In this document: positions 1 to 9,889 of the stretch, piece after piece
Layout: each line of letters begins with the position of its first letter
How positions within the stretch are numbered: the first letter of the stretch is position 1
Assembly: GCF_032444005.1 (NCBI RefSeq)
Contig: NC_091291.1
Coordinates: 4,092,001 to 4,156,000, forward strand
Length of the DNA stretch: 64,000 nucleotides
Direction of reading: 5' to 3'
Source of the DNA: Ranitomeya imitator
Lineage: Eukaryota
The notes under the pieces: generated by a model
Told to the model about the DNA's origin: nothing
Database searches by the model: none
The model's input: the letters and a program-made list of their open reading frames with translations, nothing else
Translations under genes and position numbers: made by a program

Positions 1-398
1 AATGCTCTACCCAAAGATAATAGGACCATCCACAATTTGCATAGTTTTAGGCGCTCGCTCAAAACACATTTGTTCAGAGCAGCCTATCACGTTCACTAAT
101 CAAACTCATGTTTATGTGTGTGTAGCCCATTCACTATCTCCATCTATCCCCCACCCCCTGAAGATGGCCGGACCCTCATTGTAAATACATCATTGTAAAT
201 ACACACCTGTACTTTGCATCTCCCCCACCTCATTGTAGATTGTAAGCTCTCACCAGCAGGGGCGGCTTATTGTGCTTTAATTATTGTATTGTTAATGTTG
301 TTACTTATGTCTGTTGTGTTTGAAACTGTTAAACTGTAAAGTGCTGCGGAATATGTTGGCGCTATATAAATAAAGATTATTATTATTATTATTATTAT
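1..398 (+). mobile_element. 3' end of an L2/CR1-clade LINE (ORF2 C-terminus, 3' UTR, (ATT)n tail)
   Basis: Positions 1-99 read NALPKDNRTIHNLHSFRRSLKTHLFRAAYHVH*, resembling the L2 ORF2 end motif (W)NxLP...F...LKTHLF..AY. The 3' UTR ends in GGCGCTATATAAATAAAG followed by (ATT)n at ~376-398. Confidence 0.8.
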
Positions 399-400
399 CG

Positions 401-1610
401 GGCACATCGGGACGTCACTGGTCGGTGAGTACACAGGACCTGCTGGCAACATCCCGATACTTGTCTCAATCGAGCAAATCGGAGAGGTCACTGGTCGGTG
501 ATAACACAGGAGCTGCCGGCAGCATCTCAGGACTTGTCTCCATCGAGCACATCGGGGAGGTCACTGGTTGGTGATTACACAGGAGCTGCAGGCAGCATCT
601 CAGTTCTTGTCTCCATCGAGCACATCGGGAAGGCCACTGGTCGGTGATTACACAGGAGCTGAAGGCAGCATCTCAGTTCTTGTCTCCATCGAGCACATCG
701 GAGAGGTCACTGGTCGGTGAATACACAGGAGCTGCCGGCAGCATCTCAGGACTTGTCTCCATCGAGCACATCGGGGAGGTCACTGGTTGGTGATTACACA
801 GGAGTTGCAGGCAGCATCTCAGTTCTTGTCTCCATCGAGCACATCGGGAAGGCCACTGGTCGGTGATTACACAGGAGCTGAAGGCAGCATCTCAGTTCTT
901 GTCTCCATCGAGCACATCGGGGAGGTCACTGGTCGGTGAATACACAGGAGCTGCCGGCAGCATCTCAGTTCTTGTCTCCATCGAGCACATCGGGGAGGTC
1001 ACTGGTCGGTGATAACACAGGAGTTGCAGGCAGCGTCTCCGGACTTATCTCCATTGAGCCCATCAGAGAGGTCACTGGTCGGTGAATACACAGGAGCTGC
1101 CGGCAGCATCTCAGGACTTGTCTCCATCGAGCACATCGGGGAGGTCACTGGTTGGTGATTACACAGGAGCTGCAGGCAGCATCTCAGTTCTTGTCTCCAT
1201 CGAGCACATCGGGGAGGTCACTGGTTGGTGATTACACAGGAGCTGCAGGCAGCATCTCAGTTCTTGTCTCCATCGAGCACATCGGGAAGGCCACTGGTCG
1301 GTGATTACACAGGAGCTGAAGGCAGCATCTCAGTTCTTGTCTCCATCGAGCACATCGGGGAGGTCACTGGTCGGTGATAACACAGGAGTTGCAGGCAGCG
1401 TCTCCGGACTTATCTCCATTGAGCCCATCAGGGAGGTCACTGGTCGGTGATTACACAGGAGCTGCTGGCAGCATCTCCGGACTTATCTCCATTGAGCCCA
1501 TCAGGGAGGTCACTGGTCGGTGATTACACAGGAGCTGCTGGCAGCGTCTCCGGACTTGTCTCCATTGAGCACATCGGGCAGGTCACTGGTCAGTGATTAC
1601 ACAGGAGCTG
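401..1610. repeat. Minisatellite, ~73-74 bp unit, ~16 copies
   Basis: GAGCACATCGG recurs at 545, 618 and 691 (period 73). Consensus GAGCACATCGGGGAGGTCACTGGTCGGTGATTACACAGGAGCTGCAGGCAGCATCTCAGTTCTTGTCTCCATC. Starts directly after the LINE tail. Confidence 0.95.
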
Positions 1611-1818
1611 GTGATTTGTACATTCAGTCGCAGAACCGTCCTCAGACGACCATTAATAAACTCAGTGATGGCAGCTGAGGCCGGAGGGGCCGGGATTTCT
1701 GCATGAGACTCAGATTCCAGACGGAATAATCCAGAGGTTGTGAAAATATAGTTTCCATTTACGATTTCATATCATTATTTCATTGCCATGTCTATCCATC
1801 TGGTGATTTTCATAAGTG

Positions 1819-2015
1819 CAGAGTGGTGTGAACAAGTCTTTGCCCGCTTCCTGATTTCCTATTCTTTTGCATGTTTATCACACTTAAATGTTTCCAATCA
1901 CCAAATAAATGTAAATATTAGATTATTAACACAAGTAATCACAAAATGCAGTTTATTATTAAGAGAAAAAGAAATCCAAACCTACAGGGTCCTGTGTGAA
2001 AATGTGACTGCCCCT
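1819..2015 (+). mobile_element. Degenerate Tc1/mariner-like terminal fragment
   Basis: CAGAGTGGTGTGAACAAGTCTTTGCCCGCTTCCTGATTTCC...GTGTGAAAATGTGACTGCCCCT resembles left ends of fish/frog Tc1 elements, including the repeated GTGTGAAAA..GT..TTGCCCC motif at both ends. Recognised from memory, not by search. Confidence 0.5.
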
Positions 2016-2601
2016 GTGACAAAGTCAGTGGTACAGTACCGGAGGAGAGATATGTGTCAATACGATTAATGGCTTCAGTGATGTGAAACCCCGAGGATTC
2101 TCCTCCAGCACACTGCATGGATTAAGCCAAGTGCCTAAATGAGCTGGTTTTTTTACGTGGACATCTATAGAGTGGGTGGGAGGATGTCCAGCTTATCTCC
2201 ACCTGCAGAGCCCACGCCGCTGTGTGCTGACAGGACCTGTGTGCTGACAGGACCTGTGTGATGTCACAGTCAGGTGTTCAGTCACATGGGGGAGGAGTCA
2301 CATGTCTGGGGCTTAAATAGTTGGGCTTAAGAGGCAGTGATTGGTCAACAAAACCGGAGGGAGGAGTCTCCAGTGGTTTGTGCCTTGTGGAGGAAAGACT
2401 GAACCTGTATTGCTCCAGATCGGGATGTTACGCGCAGGGCCGGCTCCAGGTTTTCGAGGGCCCCGGGCGAAAGAGTCTCAGTGGGCCCCCCCCTTTAACA
2501 CATACATTATGACAACATTTATGATGCACAGATACGGCAGATAAATGTATAGTACAATGCCAGATTTCACTTCTTACATGAGTGACAGCTATTGTAAATT
2601 C

Positions 2602-2979
2602 TGCAGTGTATATATACAGGACAGGAAGAGGGGTACTGTGCAGTGTATATATACAGGACAGGAGGAGGGGTACTGTGCAGTGTATATATACAGGACAGGA
2701 GGAGTGGTACTGTGCAGTGTATATATACAGGACAGGAGGAGTGGTATTGTGCAGTGTGCATATATACAGGAGGAAAGGTGCTGTGCAGTGTATATATACA
2801 CAGGAGAGGTGCTGTGCAGTGTATGCATACAGGAGGAAAGGTGCTGGGCAGTGTATATATAGGACAGGAGGAAAGGTGCTGTGCAGTGTACATATACAGG
2901 AGAAGTGCTGTGCAGTGTATATATACAGGGGGAGAGGTGCTGTGCAGTGTATATATACAGGAGAAGTGCTGTGCAGTGT
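2602..2979. repeat. Minisatellite, 32/37 bp unit (same family as 41086-45949)
   Basis: About 11 copies of TGTGCAGTGTATATATACAGG(ACAGG)AGGAGTGGTAC. Confidence 0.95.
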
Positions 2980-3377
2980 CGTGAGCAGGGTGTTGTTGTA
3001 TCAGAAAATCTCTTCTGTTTTGAGTTTTTCTATGAAACAAAGACTTTTCTACATAAACAACGTTGTTTGGTTTTGCGGCCCCAACAGATCTGTGCTACAA
3101 AGTAACAGGCGGCTCGGGCATTAATGAGGGACCTGATGCTGAATCCTTTCCACAAACCCTAATGACCCAATTAGTGCCCCGTCATTAGAACCTCATTAAA
3201 CGCCTCCCTGTCCCGAGCAGTCATGTACAGTATGGGGGGATCCTGCAGCCCACCCCCTGACTGCTCCATACCATACACTGCCCTCTGTCGCTCTCACTAT
3301 TATCCTGTGCATTTCTCTTTCATCGTTACCCCATGTTACACTTGTCACCCCCCACTACAGAGTAGCAGGGCAGCCAA

Positions 3378-4580
3378 TGTCACCCCCTCCCGGACCTAAT
3401 GGCAGCAGGAAATGTCTGCTCCTTTATTGGGTTGGAACCTGATTTAATCAAGGAATAATGTGGATTTGTTGCCGATGGCTGCAGGGGAAGGGTTAAGTGA
3501 TGCCATGTCCTTGGTGGGAGCAGTGGCAGCTGCTGGGACCTGGACAGAGACAACCAATGTTGCTGTGACTGCACAGTGTGACATGGAGGAGAGAAGCTGA
3601 GACTCCGGAGCAGAAATCAGCCACATGCCAGCACTGGGCAGAGTCCCTCCAGTCACCAGCCTGGGGCCACGGGGCCCCAACCTACAGCCCACAGCTCAGT
3701 TTTATCCATGGCAGCAGCTCCCCTTCCTCCTGGCATCTGGTTAACACCATTTATGCGGGTCGGATTGTTATCTTTAAGGTTCAGCAATAACCTTCATACA
3801 GATGGGAAGGGGTTAAGCTTCTTCCTACCCCACTGGTGCAGGTTTGGTGCAGCATGCATGTATTCTGGGAGAGCTGGGTGGCTGCAGGTTGCAGGCTGCA
3901 CCCCACCAGCTGCTCCTCCAGACATCACCCACATTTTTAGGCAGCGGAGACAGCAGCAGACTGAGGCATAAGACCAACTGCAACCACTGCTGGATACCAT
4001 AGCACTCACTCAGGCACTGGTAGGAGCTCCTCCAGAATCTGCCTGATAAGTTCAGCTCAGCACTGCAGCCACCCAGGGGGGAGAGCAGAGAAGGTGCTCT
4101 CTCCGCCCACAATGTCACACTGGCTGCCTTCTGTTAACCCCTATGTGTGCCTGCCTGGCTGCACTGACTGAGTGAGAAGATGCTTGTGTCAGAGCTGGCA
4201 CATAGGGGTTAAGAGAACGCAGCCAGCAGTGACTTTGTGGGCAGAGAGAGCACGTTATCTCCTGCTCTGCTCTCCCAGCTGTATCTATGACAGCCTGAGT
4301 GGGCCCCCCTCTCTCCCCAGGGCCCCGGCATTTGCCCAGGTGCGCCGGGTGCTGACGCCGGCCCTGATTACGCGCAACGTATGGACTCTGTTATAGCATT
4401 TTGTTTCCTTTGCTATTTTCCTGTTTTTACCTGAAGAGCTGTGTTTACTTTACAATTATTGTTGGTTTATGCTGCCACATAATAAACCAACTGAAGACTT
4501 AAAGAGACAGTGTTCCTGTTTTCTACTTCCGTGTACCGCCAAGTGAGTTGAACTACCAGAAGTGGTGTTTCGAATGTGGA
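3378..4580 (+). mobile_element. Possible degenerate LTR-like sequence
   Basis: Begins TGTCACCCCC, has AATAAA at ~4481, ends ...ACTACCAGA and is followed by TGGTG..GAATGTGGAC, loosely like a tRNA primer-binding site. No second LTR or coding sequence is seen. Confidence 0.25.
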
Positions 4581-4662
4581 CAACTTTCTGGGAATACCAG
4601 TAGTAGCTGTGGTCAAACCGCATGTCCTGGGTAAAGGAGGCCGCATAGACTTCTGCCCCTTA

Positions 4663-4985
4663 GGCTAGGTTCACATTGCGTTAGTGCAGTCTGTTTAGCG
4701 CATACGCTAACGGACTGCGTTAACGCAATGTCCAAAAAGGGATCGCGCTAGCGCAGATGCCCGATCTGCGCTAGCGAGAACGGACCCAAAAACGCTGCAG
4801 ACAGCGTTCGAGGTTCGTCACAAAATAACGGCACATCGCTAACGCGTGCCAATAATGGCATGCGTTAGCAATGCGCTACATAATTGCGGTCAATGGGTGC
4901 GCTAACGGATCCGTTACATAGCATTAGTGCCGCTATGAAACGGATTCCGTCAGCGGACACCCACTATCGCAATGTGAACCTAGCC
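4663..4985. mobile_element. Non-autonomous MITE, PIF/Harbinger-like (copy 1, 323 bp)
   Basis: TIRs GGCTAGGTTCACATTGCG / CGCAATGTGAACCTAGCC, flanked by TTA on both sides (4660-4662 and 4986-4988). Confidence 0.9.
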
Positions 4986-7900
4986 TTATTCTCCAGACTC
5001 CTGCCCCTTATTCTCCAGACTCCTGCCCCTTATTCTCTAGACTTCTGACCCTTATTCTCCACACTCCGGCCCCTTATTCTCCACACTCCGGCCCCTTATT
5101 CTCCAGACTCCGGCCCCTTATTCTCCACACTCCGGCCCCTTATTCTCCACACTCCTGCCCCTTATTCTCCAGACTCCGGCCCCTTATTCTCCACACTCCT
5201 GCCCCTTATTCTCCAGACTCCTGCCCCTTATTCTCCACACTCCGGCCCCTTATTCTCCACACTCCTGCCCCTTATTCTCCAGACTCCTGCCCCTTATTCT
5301 CCAGACTCCTGCCCCTTATTCTCCAGACTCCTGCTCCTTATTCTCCACACTCCTGCCCCTTATTCTCCACACTCCTGCCCCTTATTCTCCACACTCCTGC
5401 CCCTTATCCTCCACACTCCTGCCCCTTATCCTCCACACTCCTGCCCCTTATTCTCCACACTCCTGCCCCTTATTCTCCACACTCCTGCCCCTTATTCTCC
5501 ACACTCCTGCCCCTTATTCTCCAGACTCCTGCCCCTTATCCTCCAGACTCCTGCCCCTTATCCTCCACACTCCTGCCCCTTATTCTCCACACTCCTGCCC
5601 CTTATTCTCCACACTCCTGCCCCTTATCCTCCACACTCCTGCCCCTTATCCTCCACACTCCTGCCCCTTATCCTCCACACTCCTGCCCCTTATCCTCCAG
5701 ACTCCTACCCCTTATTCTCCACACTCCTGCCCCTTATTCTCCAGACTCATGCCCCTTATTCTCCAGACTACTGCCCCTTATTCTCCACACTCCTGCCCCT
5801 TATCCTCCACACTCCTGCCCCTTATTCTCCAGACTCCTGCCCCTTATCCTCCAGACTCCTGCCCCTTATTCTCTAGACTTCTGACCCTTATTCTCCACAC
5901 TCCGGCCCCTTATTCTCCACACTCCGGCCCCTTATTCTCCAGACTCCTGCCCCTTATCCTCCAGACTCCTGCCCCTTATTCTCTAGACTTCTGACCCTTA
6001 GGCTAGGTTCACATTGCGTTAGTGCAGTCTGTTTAGCGCATACGCTAACGGACTGCGTTAACGCAATGTCCAAAAAGGGATCGCGTTTAGCGATCGCGCT
6101 AGCGCAGATGCCCGATCTGCGCTAGCGAGAACGGACCCAAAAACGCTGCAGACAGCGTTCGAGGTTCGTCACAAAATAACGGCACATCGCTAACGCGTGC
6201 CAATAATGGCATGCGTTAGCAATGCGCTACATAATTGCGGTCAATGGGTGCGCTAACGGATCCGTTACATAGCATTAGTGCCGCTATGAAACGGATTCCG
6301 TCAGCGGACACCCACTATCGCAATGTGAACCTAGCCTTATTCTCCAGACTCCTGCCCCTTATTCTCCAGACTCCTGCCCCTTATTCTCTAGACTTCTGAC
6401 CCTTATTCTCCACACTCCGGCCCCTTATTCTCCACACTCCGGCCCCTTATTCTCCAGACTCCGGCCCCTTATTCTCCACACTCCGGCCCCTTATTCTCCA
6501 CACTCCTGCCCCTTATTCTCCAGACTCCGGCCCCTTATTCTCCACACTCCTGCCCCTTATTCTCCAGACTCCTGCCCCTTATTCTCCACACTCCGGCCCC
6601 TTATTCTCCACACTCCTGCCCCTTATTCTCCAGACTCCTGCCCCTTATTCTCCAGACTCCTGCCCCTTATTCTCCAGACTCCTGCTCCTTATTCTCCACA
6701 CTCCTGCCCCTTATTCTCCACACTCCTGCCCCTTATTCTCCACACTCCTGCCCCTTATTCTCCAGACTCCTGCCCCTTATTCTCCACACTCCGGCCCCTT
6801 ATTCTCCACACTCCTGCCCCTTATTCTCCAGACTCCTGCCCCTTATTCTCCAGACTCCTGCCCCTTATTCTCCAGACTCCTGCTCCTTATTCTCCACACT
6901 CCTGCCCCTTATTCTCCACACTCCTGCCCCTTATTCTCCACACTCCTGCCCCTTATCCTCCACACTCCTGCCCCTTATCCTCCACACTCCTGCCCCTTAT
7001 TCTCCACACTCCTGCCCCTTATTCTCCACACTCCTGCCCCTTATTCTCCACACTCCTGCCCCTTATTCTCCAGACTCCTGCCCCTTATCCTCCAGACTCC
7101 TGCCCCTTATCCTCCACACTCCTGCCCCTTATTCTCCACACTCCTGCCCCTTATTCTCCACACTCCTGCCCCTTATCCTCCACACTCCTGCCCCTTATCC
7201 TCCACACTCCTGCCCCTTATCCTCCACACTCCTGCCCCTTATCCTCCAGACTCCTACCCCTTATTCTCCACACTCCTGCCCCTTATTCTCCAGACTCATG
7301 CCCCTTATTCTCCAGACTACTGCCCCTTATTCTCCACACTCCTGCCCCTTATCCTCCACACTCCTGCCCCTTATTCTCCAGACTCCTGCCCCTTATCCTC
7401 CAGACTCCTGCCCCTTATTCTCTAGACTTCTGACCCTTATTCTCCACACTCCTGCCCCTTATTCTCCACACTCCTGCCCCTTATTCTCCACACTCCTGCC
7501 CCTTATCCTCCACACTCCTGCCCCTTATCCTCCACACTCCTGCCCCTTATCCTCCACACTCCTGCCCCTTATCCTCCAGACTCCTACCCCTTATTCTCCA
7601 CACTCCTGCCCCTTATTCTCCAGACTCCGGCCCCTTATTCTCCACACTCCTGCCCCTTATCCTCCACACTCCTGCCCCTTATTCTCCACACTCCTGCCCC
7701 TTATTCTCCACACTCCTGCCCCTTATTCTCCACACTCCTGCCCCTTATTCTCCAGACTCCTGCCCCTTATCCTCCAGACTCCTGCCCCTTATCCTCCACA
7801 CTCCTGCCCCTTATTCTCCACACTCCTGCCCCTTATTCTCCACACTCCTGCCCCTTATCCTCCACACTCCTGCCCCTTATCCTCCACACTCCTGCCCCTT

Positions 7901-9417
7901 ATCCTCCACACTCCTGCCCCTTATCCTCCAGACTCCTACCCCTTATTCTCCACACTCCTGCCCCTTATTCTCCAGACTCATGCCCCTTATTCTCCAGACT
8001 ACTGCCCCTTATTCTCCACACTCCTGCCCCTTATCCTCCACACTCCTGCCCCTTATTCTCCAGACTCCTGCCCCTTATTCTCCAGACTCCTGCCCCTTAT
8101 TCTCTAGACTTCTGACCCTTATTCTCCACACTCCGGCCCCTTATTCTCCACACTCCGGCCCCTTATTCTCCAGACTCCGGCCCCTTATTCTCCACACTCC
8201 GGCCCCTTATTCTCCACACTCCTGCCCCTTATTCTCCAGACTCCGGCCCCTTATTCTCCACACTCCTGCCCCTTATTCTCCAGACTCCTGCCCCTTATTC
8301 TCCACACTCCGGCCCCTTATTCTCCACACTCCTGCCCCTTATTCTCCAGACTCCTGCCCCTTATTCTCCAGACTCCTGCCCCTTATTCTCCAGACTCCTG
8401 CTCCTTATTCTCCACACTCCTGCCCCTTATTCTCCACACTCCTGCCCCTTATTCTCCACACTCCTGCCCCTTATCCTCCACACTCCTGCCCCTTATCCTC
8501 CACACTCCTGCCCCTTATTCTCCACACTCCTGCCCCTTATTCTCCACACTCCTGCCCCTTATTCTCCACACTCCTGCCCCTTATTCTCCAGACTCCTGCC
8601 CCTTATCCTCCAGACTCCTGCCCCTTATCCTCCACACTCCTGCCCCTTATTCTCCACACTCCTGCCCCTTATTCTCCACACTCCTGCCCCTTATCCTCCA
8701 CACTCCTGCCCCTTATCCTCCACACTCCTGCCCCTTATCCTCCACACTCCTGCCCCTTATCCTCCAGACTCCTACCCCTTATTCTCCACACTCCTGCCCC
8801 TTATTCTCCAGACTCATGCCCCTTATTCTCCAGACTACTGCCCCTTATTCTCCACACTCCGGCCCCTTATTCTCCACACTCCTGCCCCTTATTCTCCAGA
8901 CTCCTGCCCCTTATCCTCCAGACTCCTGCCCCTTATCCTCCACACTCCTGCCCCTTATTCTCCGCACTCCTGCCCCTTATTCTCCACACTCCTGCCCCTT
9001 ATTCTCCACACTCCTGCCCCTTATCCTCCACACTCCTGCCCCTTATTCTCCACACTCCTGCCCCTTATCCTCCACACTCCTGCCCCTTATCCTCCACACT
9101 CCTGCCCCTTATCCTCCACACTCCTGCCCCTTATCCTCCAGACTCCTACCCCTTATTCTCCACACTCCTGCCCCTTATTCTCCAGACTCATGCCCCTTAT
9201 TCTCCAGACTACTGCCCCTTATTCTCCACACTCCTGCCCCTTATCCTCCACACTGCTGCCCCTTATCCTCCAGACTCCTGCCCCTTATTCTCCGCACTCC
9301 TGCCCCTTATTCTCCACACTCCTGCCCCTTATTTTCCACACTCCTGCCCCTTATCCTCCAGACTCCTGCCCCTTATTCTCCACACTCCTGCCCCTTATTC
9401 TGCAGACTTCTGCCTCT
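4986..9417. repeat. Minisatellite, 22 bp unit TTATTCTCCA(C/G)ACTCCTGCCCC, interrupted by a MITE
   Basis: Pyrimidine-rich tandem repeat. The ORF track shows a 22-aa (three-unit) period. Lies in an intron of the ano7-like gene. Confidence 0.97.
6001..6336. mobile_element. MITE copy 2 (336 bp), near-identical to 4663-4985
   Basis: Same TIRs, TTA flanks at 5998-6000 and 6337-6339. Carries 13 extra bases (TTTAGCGATCGCG) relative to copy 1. Confidence 0.9.
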
Positions 9418-9491
9418 TATCCTGTATATACTGTATACACTGCATAGTACCACTTCCTTTCTTCTTGATATATCTGACTTATTGCTCTCAC

Positions 9492-9600
9492 CAATCGTTG
9501 TTTTCCCATCTTTGAAGAAGTTTCCGCGGTGCTGGGCTCTGTAGTACTCCGTACATGGGATGTATATTGGATCTTCATCTTCGTCATCTTCCTCTCTGTA
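9492..9600 (-). CDS. Anoctamin (ANO7-like/TMEM16) coding exon, 109 bp
   Basis: Acceptor TTCTGTGTGCAG and donor G|GTGAGA. Reads YREEDDEDEDPIYIPCTEYYRAQHRGNFFKDGKTTI+G(phase 1). GNFFKDGKTTI(D) matches the conserved anoctamin N-terminal motif F.DG..(K/R)(I/V)D(F/Y)VLV. In frame with the upstream exon. The next exon was not found in the window. Confidence 0.72.
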
Positions 9601-9657
9601 CTGCACACAGAACAATTTGTGATATACTGCTCTACGCTCTTCCGCTCACCCACCACC

Positions 9658-9677
9658 TATATATATATATATATATA
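9658..9677. repeat. (TA)n microsatellite in the 82-bp intron
   Basis: About 10 TA dinucleotides directly after the GTAAGT donor on the minus strand. Confidence 0.9.
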
Positions 9678-9682
9678 CTTAC

Positions 9683-9808
9683 ATATCCGCCGCCTCCGTT
9701 ATGTGCGGGTCCCGGGGACTCGCCGAGTATTTCTCCTCCCTCTGTCTCCAGATCAACCAGTGAGCTGGTGTCCAGGTCCGACCAGTCCGAAAGCTTCCTC
9801 CGAAACAT
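9683..9808 (-). CDS. Anoctamin (ANO7-like) probable first coding exon (exon spans 9683-9831, ATG at 9808)
   Basis: Acceptor CTCTCTATATCAG at 9832 and donor GTAAGT at 9682. Reads MFRRKLSDWSDLDTSSLVDLETEGGEILGESPGPAHNGGGGY, loosely like the ANO7 segment MLRRRAQEEDSTVLIDV. Ends in phase 0 and joins the next exon across an 82-bp intron. Confidence 0.62.
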
Positions 9809-9889
9809 GTCTGCTGCTCTGCTGCCTGCCCCTGATATAGAGAGCGGAGGAGCGGTCAGGAGGAGCACGAAACACGGAGGGGCACGAAA

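Noticed and set aside
1-4660. Next ano7-like exon (expected to start D-F-V-L-V-W)
   Set aside because: I scanned the unique minus-strand segments by eye and found no match with suitable splice sites. It probably lies left of the window.
5749-9544. Pro/Leu-rich ORFs (PLILHTPAPYSPHSC...)
   Set aside because: Translations of the 22-bp array.
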